From Podarcis liolepis (Eukaryota), in NCBI GenBank assembly GCA_965112155.1, contig OZ218101.1: a stretch of 64,000 bases of DNA, one strand, 5' to 3'. The notes below the pieces were generated by a model, which was not told the DNA's origin, searched no databases, and saw only the letters and a program-made list of their open reading frames with translations. The translations under genes and the position numbers were made by a program. Of the stretch, positions 24,220-39,280 are shown one piece after another. The first letter of the stretch is position 1. The number at the start of each line of letters is the position of its first letter.

Positions 24220-27200
24220 GTCTACTCACATGGCCAGTAAAAGCACTTTTCATTTGAAAGAAGCTCTGACCTCACAAGCCAGTTTGCAGCTTCCATGTTT
24301 ACACACTGCTCATGCCAGGTAGTTTAGCACATGTCAGCCATGGGCATTTTGCCAAAGTTGCCTTTCTCTGAATCTTCATCCATGCAGACAGAATGCTAAC
24401 AACTTCTCGCAAAACAACAATCAGCTGTGAAGTCCTAAGACTTTCTCCTGAAACAAAGAAGGCGACCCACTTCGGTGTCATGGTGCAAATACTTCACAGA
24501 TGCTGAGTATACGCGAAGCTAAATTTCCACTTAAACACACAGCGGCTCCCTTGAAGCCCAATTTTTCATTCAAACAAAAAAAGTGCTCCTGGCTTTTGAA
24601 AATATTTTTAATAAATCAAGTGTTTCAGATTTAAACACGAGGGACTGAACATAACTTATGCACAGAAAAATAAAAGAACACGGCAAAAGCTAAAGAATCC
24701 CACAACAGTATCAGTCGCTGAGCTCTCTTGATTTCATCATACCACATGTATTCAAAACCCTAGACACGTTTCCGCTATGTTTTAATTTACTCTGTATCAC
24801 ACACCTTACCTGTTCCATTGTAATTTGTTACTGGCATGTTTCCTGTTTTCCATCACAAGAGAATCAATAAAAAACACATATATGTGAAAAATTAATAGCC
24901 ACAATGGCTACAACAATTAGGGTGGATTTGCTTTTCCAGTGAAAGCCAACCAAACTCGGAGCTGGTGCAGAATCTTGACTTAGCCATAGCTCCAAATTAT
25001 GTTTATGCTTTGAGGAGCTGAGTGCTCCTTCACGTCCCCCCTCCTGGCAAACACATAATTCAAGCATTTAGAAAAATGCCAACCTATGGTTTGCCTCAAG
25101 CCAGGCCAGGAGCACGGAGTCACCACACACAAGCAAAGGAAGCGTGAGGCTTCTCAAAAGATTGCACACATACCACCAAATTATGGTTTGGCAGCACATG
25201 AGAACAATATGAAGCTTGCTTGCCCATGAAAATAGCTGCTTATGTGAATGGACTAACATGGCAGGAGGGGATTCATGAAACAGTGCAGCTTCTCTTGAGC
25301 AGTTAGAAAATACATTGCCTGCAAATAATTGCTCACACAAGTGATCTGCTCTGTGTGTTTTTCCAGTCACAGGAGGAGGAATAACAATCCACCAGGAGTT
25401 TTTCTGTAGCTATACTATTCACATGAATGGACCATTCACATGAAACAGGCCGTAGTTAACTTCTGCCCATTTCACAATGTATACATGCTTGTGTCAGTCA
25501 ACATCCTGCTTTGAAGCTAACTACATAGGACTCACTTTCTCCCTGGGGAAAAAAGAGAGAAGAGAGCCTTGTTTATTTTTCTGAAGCACTACCTGTACGT
25601 AGTAGCCATTTCTCTCTCTCTCTCCCCCCAGAAAATAACTTCTTAGTGTTAGATTGCATCAAGCAACTCCTTCATCAGTTCTGAACAGCCTAAAAACTGC
25701 TCAGCAACCCGGAATGAATAGTATGTGCTTCTGAGGTCTGGCAAAGACTTTGAGCCACATTGGGAGAAGATGGAACACCATGACATCTGACTCATAATCA
25801 CTCACTCACACACTTATTAAAGCTTTATTATTATTATTTCGCCAGGAATCTGAACACAGAAGGGCTCAGTTTTGAACTGAAGTCCTGAGTGAACACACAA
25901 CCTCACTATTCACAACACCACATGCAATATATGCAAACACATTGGGTGGAATATGGATAGACTTCAGGTCTGGGCTTTGGCGCATTCGCTCCAGGTCCAT
26001 GGTTTTAGTAACAAGTAAATTTGCCTAGTCTGCCAGGCCCGCAGCCAGATGCAGGCAAGCAAACAGCAATTTCAATAAAAAGGTTGTCAGAAAGAAGTCC
26101 AAATACTTTTAAGATAGACGTCTAGCCAGACTGGTTTTTACAAATTCAAATTCCTCATTTCAACTAACCTTGGTTAAAAGCATCAGTTACTTGCCAACAG
26201 GACAGACAAAAGGGAATTACTTTTTCACACAGCATATTAGATTGTGGGTGGCTGTGTGTTATGATGATTTTGCTATGAGAGGCAGTTGGTGGGGAACGTG
26301 ACCAAAATACTACTATTGCACTTATGTCCTTCTTGTGGGCTTCCCACAGGCTCCCAAATCGCCACACTAGGAACAGAATGCATGGCTAGACGGGTCTTTG
26401 AATTCATCCCAGAACGGCTGTCACCTTTCATTTGAAGCACATTATTATAGGGCAGGTGATGGCGTCAATGTCCTTTAGTCCAAGAGCTAAGCTACATATT
26501 ATGCAAATCGATGTAGTGGAGTCCTTCCTGGATTGTACTACTATATAGACTGCAGGTAGGATATCGTATTTTACAGCTTTAAAGGAGCTGCCGCCGAATT
26601 GCCCATTACATCCAAACTGGCCTACTGGTTTATTCTTGGGAGTACATACCAAGATACGAAAAAAGGATCAGGCAGAGTCTGTTGCTGATCTGCATCCCCA
26701 GCAATAAACATATTTTAGACCATACACTTTCTTAAAAGCGGTGCGAATTTAACACAACTTATATATAATCTTTCTGTATTCCATTGTTTTCCTTGATAGC
26801 TATTTTCAGTCTTATGGAAGAGCCTGTTTTACACGCATTACTATTATTCCTCTCCCCAAAAGGACCGTCCTCTTAAGGGCACATTTTAGCCACTTTGTTT
26901 CAAGGCTCAGTAGCAAGCACAAAAGGCTGCAAGCAAGGCAGCATGCAAATGTAATAGTATGATAGTAAGCCCTGCTTAGATCCTGATCGCTGCATCACCT
27001 TGCTTGTATAGACTGACAAAACACGGGCTAAAATGCAATCCCACTGATGATGTACAATCCAGGACAGACTAGCACAGATTAGCAGAATGCAGAATGGTCC
27101 GCAGCTAATACATTTGGATTCCTCTCAATCCATTGCATGTTACAAGCATTTTAATACGGTAGGCTGTAAAAAAAAGTAGGGGGTGAGGCTTATATTGGAG

Positions 27201-28649
27201 ATAACTTGAGAGCTATTAAGGTAAGCAGGCCAAGCAACTGCAAGAAGAGCACAAAATCTTCAGGTCACTAACCAAACTGATGTCTGGGGGGGGGGGGGAG
27301 AGAATCCCCCCTCCTTCACAGAGTGTGGCAAGGAGTTTACTTTCACTGTAAAAACAACCACCACTCTACATGATGACTTCCACTTTAAGATTTGATTCTG
27401 TGTGCTGCAACCCAGACTCTATCCCAGGCGGGTATTTTTACTGGGGTGCAAAACTTGACTTCACTCTTCTAGCTGTGGCAGCCCCAGAATAAATGTGTCC
27501 CAAGCCTACACCAGCCCATTTCCATTTGTTTGAGGTCAATGTGCACGAGCCCAATAGCTTAAAAATGGAAAACATTTTATTTCGGCAAATTAATGGCATA
27601 CATTAACGTGGGAGGGGAAGTGAATCACCGATTTTATAACACTAGGCAAGGACAGGCACCATCAAAACAGGCTGCTGCAGAAACTTAAAGGAAAAGAGAG
27701 AGGCGGTGCTCTGTTTCAACGTTTTAAAGAATCAGCATTGGGTTATTTTGCTCATCTGCTTGCCCTAAGGTAGGATATCTTACTTACCTAAGCATTCAGC
27801 AGACACCTGCCAGCTCAGCCTGTTTTTTCTTTAAAACTTTCAAGGAAAGGTGCTTCCTACAACTTACCTGGGCAATTAATTTTGTCGCCACCCCCACCCA
27901 GCTTATGTTTGAACCTTTAAAAAATCTATCCCCCTACAGTTTCAAACAGTTACTTCTTGACCCATATGACCAGTAGAGTGGATGAACAGTTTGTTTTAGA
28001 GTTGTCTAACCTTAATTTTTTTAAAAAAACAAACAAACTCTGACAACATGCTTCCTTATGACTTCTTTAGGGAAAATATTTGCTGGAACTCATAACTTGC
28101 TGAAACCTCTGTATGCTGCTTGTGGGTTTCCTCTGCGTTCTTTCAAACAACTGTCTTCGATTAGCCAGAATGGGTCATACAAGGACCAAGTACTTATGGC
28201 AGTATTACTTTCCTGTTGATCCAGGTAAGAAGATATAAGGAGCACTAAGAGGGGGAAGGGATTGGACCACTTTGGCTCCTGACACATGAAGCAGGGTAGG
28301 GAAAATCATGACTAACTCATTAAAATGGGTAATCATTTGTGTAAGATTAACTTGAGGGGTAGTCATTGTGGTGCCCCCCTTTCCCGATGTTGCTAGACTA
28401 CAACTCCCATCATCCCTGATGGGACTTATGATCAAACAACACATTGAGGGTATCACTTGGCTACCCATAGTTTAGCTGTTCTTGCCTAAGCCATAGATCA
28501 TATACATGGCACAATGCGTTACAAAAGGAGGGCAATTAGGGTGTTTGTTTGTCTCAGAGATTACTTATGCCCAGCCAATAAGCCGATATCTCCTGAGACT
28601 TGTTCCCACATTGTACTAGTAACGTATGGGGGGTTTAGAAAACCTAAGT

Positions 28650-28948
28650 CAGTGGTTTGTGCACATACACCCCCCCCCCCCGCGGACCACTTGCAAACTG
28701 CTAAGCACTTAATGATTTTTCTGCCTGTTGTAGAAATTGTAATGTAGATGCTGTTTGACTTTTAATTTCATTGCTACGTGTATCGCATTTTATTGTATTC
28801 CAGAGATTTCAAGATATAATACAATAACAGTGAAAATGCTATCAAAATCATTATATGGATGTGCCATTTCCTGTCTTCAAATTCGCAGACACCTGAATGA
28901 AGCTCATGGAACACTGGTGGCCCAGGGTTCAAGATTTCAGAACCTCTG
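28650..28948. mobile_element. Old hAT/Charlie-like non-autonomous element
   Basis: CAGTGGTT...GAACCTCTG ends; imperfect TSD ACCTAAGT/ACCTATTT. Confidence 0.55.
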
Positions 28949-31658
28949 ACCTATTTTCCCCCCCATGCAATCTGCTTCCTCCCTTTCCCATGGGCAGATG
29001 ATGAAGACTATCCTGTGACATGAGAACTAGATTTGTTGTGTTGACATAGTAGAAGAGGATGGCTTGACTTTGTGGTAGTTTGAATAAAGCACACGGCAGA
29101 ATTCCTACCTTTCCAAGGAAAATATAATATAAGCAGTTAAGTTAAAAAATAAATAAATCTTGGGTTTATGGTAAAGCTTGGATCCAACAGCTTTGATTCT
29201 CACACACATTCTGAAAAGGATGCCAAAATGTGCAAACCACAGGAGTTGAAAGGCCTGACAAATGTATTCGAAGGCAAGTAATTTGCTCATGAAGCCAAAC
29301 TTGAGAAGATGGAAGAAATTCCAGAGCCACTTAAAGGTACAGAAATGAGCATGGAGGTGGCAAGGACAGAACACAGCAGACAACACAGTATAGTTTTGCT
29401 TTGGTTTCTGTCACTTGTCTGTTACACCGAACACAGGAGTTTATCAAAAGGTTCTCTCAAGCAATTTCAAGCACACCTTTCAATATAAAAGCTGAAAGTT
29501 TCATTAGCTAGGACCAATATAAGGAACATACAGCCTACTGGGATCAATGTTTCATGTCTTGCAGCTTTAAAGACAACTGCAAATATGAAGGTATATTTGA
29601 TATTAAGAGTTCTGCTAAGAAGGAATACTTTGCAGGAGAAAGAACTCACGTGGATCAAATTTCCTTTTCCAATCACGATTTAATCAATCACTTTACGGAG
29701 CTAGGAAGTATTTCTTCTCAGATGAGACAATTTCGGATGTTGTGATCTTCCTTTCTTCTATATCACCTTGTTCACAATTTTATCAAGAACTTAGCAGGAT
29801 TCTACACATATCTCTATCTCCTGCTACCTGCTTACAGCACACAGAGAGATAACCTATCAATTCTATGATTCTATCATGGGCCATTATTGCATAGTGGATC
29901 TTGTACTAAATAGCTTAATATGTGAATTCCAACAGGAGAGGAAGCTGCGCTTTAGATTTCCAAGTGGCTCTGAAAATGTTAGACCAAAATCATTTTAAAA
30001 CACAAAATGCTAAATCAACAGGATCTCACTAAAATGTAGAAATTGGAGTCAGCACCACTAAGAATTGGAGTCACAAACAGAAGCAGTGCTGAGCAAAACA
30101 TAGCTCTAAAACCAACAGAAATATTAGGCTGATTCTAATAAAAGCAAAAACCTGATAAAGGGTATCAGCATTGCGATGTTTTTATGTGAAACAGCTTTGT
30201 CCCAATTCTCGCAGTGAAAGAAGGAAGAAAATACCATGCAGTTTGCTTAGTGATGCTCCTAAGCTTTACAAGAACCTGCCATGGGAAGTTTAAATTGGCC
30301 AAATCCAACAGCTTGCCCTGACAAAGCAAATGAATGACAGTCAGTCATGAGTTTCTGATAGAAGGCAGCTCTGAGTGTACAAGCTCTGGTGGTAACAACT
30401 TCCAAGCAATAAAGATCTTGGTAGATTCTCCAGAGCTACCAGATGAATTTATTGAGCCAGATTCTACTATTTACTAGAATCGGATGATTAAAAACAGCAT
30501 GGGGCGAGTAGAGCATAGCACTGAGGTTGAGTACGTTGTTCTGCACACAGAAAAACAAAACTTCATTGCCTGACGGCAAAGCCCATAAACTGATGAGATA
30601 AAAACAAACTACTGGGTTGAAGCAGCAAGCCAAACTGAGTTGGAATGCCATGTGATGACACATACAAGATCATGAAGACAAAACCAGTGTGCTGTAGCAG
30701 ATGGAATGTTGGCCTGGGCCAAGGAGATCAGAGTTTAAAACCCAGCTCAACTATGAAGCAAAGCAAATGACGTTGTTGAAGCCACTAACTCTCAGCTCCT
30801 TATTTCTGAGAATTTTCTGTTTAAGGGACAACCACATCTATGTCACCCTGAGCTCCTTAGAACGAGGGCACTTCTATGATGAACAGAACAAAGTTTTCAA
30901 GAGTTCTGCTTGCATGATGTTGTGTCGCCTCGCTCCTTTTGTAGCCTATAAAAAAAGTTTTACTCAAGGCTCTGCGGCCACCGCAAGAAGGTAAAAGAAT
31001 CCAGGCCTGCATCAAGCTGATGTTACACCCTTGTCACTGAACAGCTAAATTATGAGGCATCTCAGCTGCCACAAAGGATTTTTGAGAGATATCAGATTTG
31101 TATAGCAAATCTAAAAATGAGAGGAAAGGCTGTTAATATAAAAGCACCTACAAATCTTGATATTTAGTTCAGCTTACTCGATAACTGAAGTTTTATGGCT
31201 GTGTGTCAATGTTGAGGTGAAAGGAGCTAGAACACTGCTAGAGGAAGAAGATTTGCAAGACTGACTGGGAGTCATATTGAATAGTGCTGATGCAACATAG
31301 GCTCTTGAAGTTGGAACAGAAATCTTGTCTCTTCTTCCTACTGGAACCTTTTAGGAGTGTTGAGGTCTCAAGTACCCAAGAGAGAACTTTACAGCAATAC
31401 AGCTTTGTCTTCAGCATTATTCCTGGCAGTGAGAAATGCTATCTGGGAATCACAGCATCATGTTTGAGAAAAACACAGAGCAAGCAAGACGGTGTATTTT
31501 ATTAAGCCAACTAGAGCTCCTTTTTCAGGCATGCTGAGGTTACTGGCAGGCTGTGGTTCATAAAATACAAACAGCTTCATATAGCCCAAGCACCTTGTAC
31601 AGCTGATCTAAGTTAAAAAATGTTTCTTATCTTGCTGAAACATTTGTTAGGAGCCTAC

Positions 31659-31706
31659 CTGACGTTTTGGAGAATTTGCTGTGCTGGGATTGATATTCCG
31701 CAATGC
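31659..31706 (-). CDS. YAP1: YAP1 exon 6 equivalent (48-nt cassette exon, gamma/delta isoforms)
   Basis: Translates ALRNINPSTANSPKRQ (human AMRNINPSTANSPKCQ); pyrimidine tract + ttAG acceptor, GTAGGC donor; phase 0-0. Confidence 0.95.
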
Positions 31707-33897
31707 CTAAGAGTAAAAGAAATAAGATGGGTAAGCATTACTCTTTTTTTTTCTTTTCTTTTCTGCTGAGCGTGGTTGGGGTAGCTAGGCTGATTTGACA
31801 AACACATCACTCTCTTAGCATTCTGACGAGGCTAGTTCCTGAGACAGCCAAAGATGACAAAAGGGTAAGGGAGTTAAGAGCTGACAAAAGCTGCTGCATA
31901 ATGGAACAAGACGCTTAGGGGTGCTTACAGAGCACACGAACACATGTCATTTAACAGATAGGGGACATGAAGGTAGAGAACACGGTCTGGCCTGAAGTTA
32001 GTCAACTTCTCAAGAGGAAGTTACCGAAGAAGAAATCCAAAATTAGAAGCCTTATCTAAAAGCATGCTGGCACGGCGGCATATGAATTTGTTTGAGGATT
32101 AATAGCAAAGCAGTTATAGGAAAAGCTTAGACTATTTCAGCTGAAAAGACCCTTCTTTTTAACTTGTCCAGAGAAAAGTCATCTTAAGTTTTGTTTTTAA
32201 GGAAGTGACACACATTCTGCAATAATCCAGTTTACACAAAGTAGTTGTGCCTGCAAATATTTCTTCGGTACAGAATGTAGTGCGAGAGTTAGACTCCAGA
32301 ATAAGGGCAGTTAAAGCAAGAGGCGATGAAGTCAAAAGCCTGAGGAAGTGATCTCCCAAGAGCATGAAAATATTTCATGAAGCAGGACCCATCACCCAAA
32401 GGGGAAAAGAAGTTTAAAGAGGTTAGGATGTCTGCGATGCCCCATAACCTTCACAAAAGGTGATGCCAGACGTTTGAGGCAAGGAGCTAATCAATAATTA
32501 GCAAAAGATCTAGGACAGGAAGCGCTGGTTGAGAGCGACAGTTCTAGAAGGTAAGCTTAATTGTCTCTTTGGGGTTCATGCCTCCAGGGTTATTTTAAAA
32601 AAAGAAAAGCAAAAGCAGCAATCAGCCTACAACCACATTGGAAAAACCATTAAAAGCTTTTAAAAACTAATTAAAACTGAAGTGAAAACAATCACTTAAT
32701 CCAGTTTGCTTTTAAGAAAGCTAGGCTCTTGAGAATAGCTTGCAACATACACGTTGCCTAATGTGGATGAATTCTCCCAGCCCACCCTTCTGTCTCGTAA
32801 ATCACAGCGAAGCTGTACATAATGGGATGCGTGTGTACCATTGGCACACTCACATCAAGAATCTTTATCCAATGCCAAGGTTTAGCAAAATGCTAGTGAC
32901 AAATTTCACATTTGCTTAGGAGGCCAGGGGTGGAGTGGGGATGAAGTGGTTGCTCTTAGATGGCTATTGTGAAGTAAATCCATGATGCCCAAATCATGAA
33001 TCCAGTGACAGAGTTCATAACCTGGAGTTCTCATGAATGGTTCTGATTTTGTCAAATAGCAACTCATACTTAACTCACCACTACAAGATGTGATGATGGA
33101 AACAGGTATAGATGACTTCTTTTTTTACAAAAAAGTGGGGCAAACTCTGAAGACGTGTCTATCAATGGCTATAAGCTACGAGAGCTAAAGGAAACCTCCA
33201 TGTACAGAGGCACTATACCTCCAAAAACAAGGATGCTAGGGACTGTTAACAAGGCCACTATCTTCATGCCTTGCCTGCGAACTTTCAGAAGAACTTGGTT
33301 GGTTCCTGATGGAAACAAAGCAGTGGACTAAATAGCCCTACAGCCCAACTGCAGTTCATATGTCCTTATGGACCGCTTTGTTTTTATAGACACTGTGGGG
33401 AGCATTTTAACTACAAAGGAGTTGGGAGGCCTCAACTCAACAAGGCCAATTCCATTTTACAGGCTCTGTCCTCTGTGAAGCTGGAGAACTCGATAGGAAC
33501 AATTTTTCCATGCAGAGCATTAATAGCTTTTGCAAAGCATCCCAGCAGGTTGCAGTCCATGTGGCAGTGTTTTAAGTGCTGAAAGGAGCGCCAATGCTAG
33601 GAAGCCTTGCAGGAGAGGTGGGAAGGGGGGAACCCACCTTGCAACAGACGTATTCTGAAGAGGCAATTGACCCTGAGATACATTCACAGCTGTGGTGGTC
33701 CTGTCTGCTTGCAGCAATGTCACTTTGCTTGGGCAGTTTAGTGGAGGAAACATTCCTTAGGGTGCATAGGTCTGAATGCTTACCTTCCACACAAAAACAA
33801 GGTACCTCTTTCTTCCTCCAATCTATTGATGCTTGCTGGAACTACAAGTGGATGAGCACAGCGCCACCCACACATGCACAAGCAGCAATTTATGTTA

Positions 33898-34167
<270 letters not shown>

Positions 34168-34225
34168 TCAGAAAGCTATCCATTTGCGTTTCCAAATGGA
34201 TTTAAGGTAGACATCCAAAGTCATA

Positions 34226-34448
34226 CAGTGGTACCTCGGGACTACGAACAGCCCTGTTAACTAAATATTCAGGAAATGAACTCCACAAAACCAGAAGTAG
34301 GTGTTCCGGTTAGCGAACTTTGCCTCGGAAGATGAATGGAAGCCGAACAGTGGAAGGGCACCGGTGGCGGGAGGCCTAGGTCTAAGAACGCTTTGGTTTA
34401 AGAACAGACTTCTGGAACAAATTAAGTTCATAAACCGAGATACCACTG
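34226..34448. mobile_element. Tigger-like MITE, related subfamily
   Basis: TA-CAGTGGTACCTCGG...CCGAGATACCACTG; interior only partly similar to the main family. Confidence 0.8.
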
Positions 34449-37286
34449 CACATTATCATGGCCCAAAATGTGACTGTGTAACAGGCTTTATGGATAATTT
34501 TGGCATAAAGGTATAAAATAAGTAGTGGCGAGTTTCATTTCAAAATTTCATTTCAAAATGGCAGACGCCACAGGCAAAGATATGGCTCAGCTCAAGCTTG
34601 TTGCTTATTTCTAGAGGCTGCTTAGATTCTGAAGAAGTGTGCATGCACACAAAAGCTCATACCAATAACAAACTTAGTTGGTTAGTTTTTTTAATTTTGT
34701 TTCAACTACAGCAGACCAACACGGTTACCTACCTGTTACTAGATTCTGACAATTAGGCTTGACAAGGCTTGCTTCATTACTTTATCTATAAAGTCTCTAG
34801 CCCTCATTGCTGCCCGTGGTTGAATACATTCATGTAGCATCTGTGGTGAGCTCTGATAGAGCAACATTTGCAGTCCCCCTATTCATTCATTCATTTTGGC
34901 TTTTTACCCATCTAGTCATTTCTACCCTTTTCTAAATTCCAGTGCTACTGAAAACAGCTGTTGCCGAAAGCGTACCAGTTATAAACTGCACAAGCAATTT
35001 ATGTGCAGTTTATTCAGAGTGCGGAACCAGGGTTTTCTTGGTGATAAAAATATTGTAGGAGATCTATCTCGGTCCATAACTTTCCAGTACGCATTTATTG
35101 TGGGGTTTTTATATACACAGAGATTTTTCAAGTACCCAGTATATACCCGTATTTATTAAATTCCTATGCCTCCCCATAACCACTGGGCAGCATACATAAA
35201 ATGCTAAACATGGTTTAAAAAACTGAAACATTTAATTCTACTACAGAAGAAGTGTTGTGGGCTGTTTTCTATTTTATTTATGCTGTCCATTCTCTGAATA
35301 AACTGGCAGGCCACTTAAGACTCTAGATTAACTTTCATATCTCAAATATGTATAATTGAAGTAAACACTGAAGCACCATTCACGGCATCATCCCCAAAAT
35401 ATCAGCCTTATGGTTGCTCTAAATCCAAACTGCGAGGAAGGTGTTCAACAGAATGGAGCATTGTAGTACATTTTCTCATCACATTTAATGTCAGAAGTTT
35501 AAAAGGAAGGAGATTTGCAATTATAGGTGGCAAATGGTAAATATAAGATGATTCTGAGATGAAATAATCTGAATTTAAACCAGCCTCTCGCTTGTTAGTA
35601 TGCATTAACTCAGAGAGCCTCTGTTCTGAAGACCTAGACATTGTATGTAACTAGAATGCTTGCGTACCTTTCCCCCTTTTTCATTTCTTTTGCGTTAAAT
35701 CATGGGCAAATCATACACAACTGCTGTGTGCTATAATCACAAGCAGAAGTGGAAATGGAAAAGGACGAAATGTAAAACTTAGGAATCAACAGCACAAAAT
35801 AAATTCCTGTTTGTAAATACAAATATGTGTTTAAAAGAGAGAGAGAGAGAGAGAGAGGAAAAGGAAAAGAAATGCTTTTTGAATGTCAGAATACTGAAGA
35901 AAAGGACAAATCCTAAAACAACTCTGTCTTGGGTTGTGTTTTGGGATGCACCCACACCCAGAACTTTTACCAACCAGGGATTACAGAACTGAAGTCTTCT
36001 CTTAGCTGATAGAGACCATGGATTTAGATAATCCAGCAAACTTCACAGTGAATTCCACAACAGGAGGCCCTGCACTGCTTGAAAAGCCAATTCTGAAACG
36101 AGGGGGAAGTTAAAAACTAGTTGCTCGTACTGTACAAAGAGTGGGCTCTTTAAAAATAATAAATAAATAAAAGCCTCAATATGCATGTCCAACTTCCCTT
36201 GTGTGCATCAAAAGCAGTTGTTAAAATCATGGTCATAAGACAGTTTAATTTTGATGTCTTTTAAGTATTTAGTGATCCAAATCTCTCCCTATTGCTGAGA
36301 ACAACCATCTTCCCATATATTTTCAACCAGAACAGTCTAATAAAAGGGGAGAACAAACTGAATTCAGAACAGCGGCGGCCGGGAAGATAGAAAGCAGGAC
36401 GCCGAGATGACAGTTCCTCCCTAGGGAGGCTCACTTCACAATTTGGTTTACATCAAGAGCTCTCAAAGTCAGTTTAAACTAACCAAGCACTTGGGCAGCA
36501 AGGCTGCTATTCCGATTACACGTTTTAGCCAACTGGGCTGCTCCTAGGTCATAGAAACAAAATACATTTGACGATAAATATAGGCTCATGTAGAAATTGT
36601 GCCAGTTTCCATTTCGGTTGTAAATAGACAGCCATCGGCCAGCTCCACTGGGCTGTAGATCAAACCCAGGCTATTTATAGGCATGTGGCAAAAAATAACC
36701 AAACACTTTCAATTCCTTGAACATATTCTCAGCCAGTTCCAAGACGCTCAAATGATTAGCATTTAAGAACGCAATTCCTCCAGGAAAGATCTCCTACAGG
36801 AGGCAAAATAAAAAGCAACAGGGTGAGAGTGGGGGGCTGGAGTCACACGGGTACTTCTTGGCCCTGCCACTGTAATTCATAAAATGGAAGGAGGGGGCTG
36901 CCATGATTTTATGAAAAAAGGCAATGCCCCCAATACCTTCGCAGTGCAGAAGGGACACGTTGCTTAAAAAAGAAAAAAAAAACACTGAATGAATATATCC
37001 AGGCTTATCTGAAAACTACCAGGGTTCAGTCTGCAAATGGAGCACATCAAGAAAAATTAAAAATGTCTTCATTGTGTTATGGATTATTATACAGGTAGCC
37101 AGGGCTATTAAATAGCTTAGCAGGGGTCCAGCTTTGGAAAAAAACATTTGTTTGTGCTATTAAACATCCTATACTTGGCAAGCAACACTTTTTATTGGGG
37201 CGGGGAGATCATCGATGAGCAATCAAAGGAAGAAATGTTGCACAGCAAAGCCCATACAAATAAAGGCTTAGCTGTGCAACCTTCAT

Positions 37287-37597
37287 AAAGGTAAAGGGAC
37301 CCCTCACCGTTAGGTCCAGTCGTGGACGACTCTGGGGTTGCGGTGCTCATCTTGTTTTACTGGTCGAGGAAGCCGGCGTACAGCTCATGTGGCCAGCATG
37401 ACTAAGCCGCTTCTGGCGAACCAGAGCAGGGCACGCCAACGCCGTTTACCTTCCCACCGGAGTGATAGCTATTTATCTACTTGCACGTTGACTTTTGAAC
37501 TGCTAGGTTGGCAGGAGCAGGGACCGAGCAACGGGAGCTCACCCTGATCGGCAAGCCCTAGGCTCTGTGGTTTAACCCACAGCACCACCCGCGTCCC
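37287..37597 (-). mobile_element. Sauria (POM-type) SINE
   Basis: Reverse complement of the 54563-54918 family; AAAGGTAAAGG tail and GGGACGCGGGTGG head. Confidence 0.9.
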
Positions 37598-39113
37598 TAT
37601 TAAAAACTGATTTCCTGCATGCAAAGTTTTTACGTACCTTCAACTCCACTTTGGAGGTTCGAGAAAGACATCTAATGATCTTTAAATAGTTAGCTTATTT
37701 TTAAAGTCTGCCCAGACGGAGAAGGTGGGGAGGGAGGCAAAATGACTTCCTTTATCTGCTAGAGCTAGGATTTAACCAGCTTCCTGTTCCTTACTTTCAT
37801 GGGTATCAAGGAAGTATTTAACTATGAGGGTCAACACCCACAAATGGGGCAAGTAACAAAGACCTCACAGGCAGACGAGGAACAAAAATGTCTTTATTTC
37901 AAAGAGGAAAGAGAGGGATTTAGGAGGAAAGAGGGATTTGGAGCAAGGAATGAGGGGAGCAGCATTTTATAGCACATACCATTTAGCTACATTGTTTTTC
38001 TTAACGATCACACTTTAGTAAGTTAGCATTTTAGGACAGAATACAGTCTCTTCAGTTTTTCTACTCTACGTCTGCAACTTGGATGAAGTTTTAAGAATAT
38101 TCTATAATCAGTAGGAATCAAGATACTAGGAATACCCCACCCCTTTCTATCTCAAGAGCAAGGACTGTGTCGTTCTTGGTCGTATTGATTGGTTATCTTT
38201 ACAGAGAGTGGGACAAAGGGAATGCAAACTTTTATTTTATTTATTCAATTTCTGTACCACCCTTTGTCAGAAGATCACCATATTTAAGACTATTAATATT
38301 CTCTGCAATGCAAAATTCAGCAATATCTTGCATTAATGCAGGCTGCATTTGCTCCTTTCAAAAATATGGAGCAATCGTAGGCAGGACCCTGGCATTTTTG
38401 CTTCTTTTACATAAGGCTCCCACTGTTTGTATAAATCAAGTAAGAACTGGTCCCCTTGTATTCTCCACAAAGGAAGAATAATAGAAGTTATGACTAAGCT
38501 GTTTAACTTTGAAGTGTCAGCATAGTACACAAACTTCAACTGGCAAATCTGCAATTTATATTTTGCATTACAAGTATACTATAACCTTCCATTAACTTTG
38601 TTTTCATCCTCACATATGAACTGTGCATGGCACCAAGAGCAATTAAAATGGAGGGGAACTCTTTTGTATAGTATTTCTGGGGCTGAAGTTTGCAAGTGCC
38701 TTTGTGCATTCATTACGTTTAAACAATACCTTAAACAACATTTTTGCTTTTGAGGGCAAGCCTGACCCAATGCAACTGTTCAATCCTTTGCACTGTGGTA
38801 GGAAGTAGCTTGGATGGGTGGAAGTCTCCCTCTGTCCAGCCCCAAACCTTGGTCCATAGAGTAATGCTAGCATCTCTACTCTGGAAGAAGCAATGATTTC
38901 CATCACCTGCCAAAAGCTCTTGAACAAGGCATTTGGAAGGCAGGGAGGGGCTGATCTGGCCCTGGATCCAGAGCCAGCCGCACTGGCATAATTTGACAAC
39001 ATTGAGCCCAATCCATACCTGAATGCCAGGCTTTGGTGCAACCAAGTAGGGTTTTGCTTCGCTCACTTTTCACACCAGCTGATGTGAGTGGCAGGACCAA
39101 GATGCAGCTACAC

Positions 39114-39117
<4 letters not shown>

Positions 39118-39157
<40 letters not shown>
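39118..39157. repeat. (CA)n microsatellite
   Basis: Direct reading; further (CA)n tracts at ~49665-49696 and ~55290-55318. Confidence 0.95.
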
Positions 39158-39158
<1 letters not shown>

Positions 39159-39280
39159 CTGCCCAGCTGGGATTAGGATTATATCATGTGACACAGAGCT
39201 ACTTCTTACTTTTGGGAACTTGAAAGCACCAATTTTCTAACTGTCAACTCCCTCTTGAATCCTTTGAACCACCAGCAGTG

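Noticed and set aside
23335-24240. Overlapping 170-278 aa ORFs and a possible nested gene or native YAP1 internal promoter
   Set aside because: ORFs run through the transposon arms and are GC artefacts; only the 23832-23937 exon-like piece has supporting signals.
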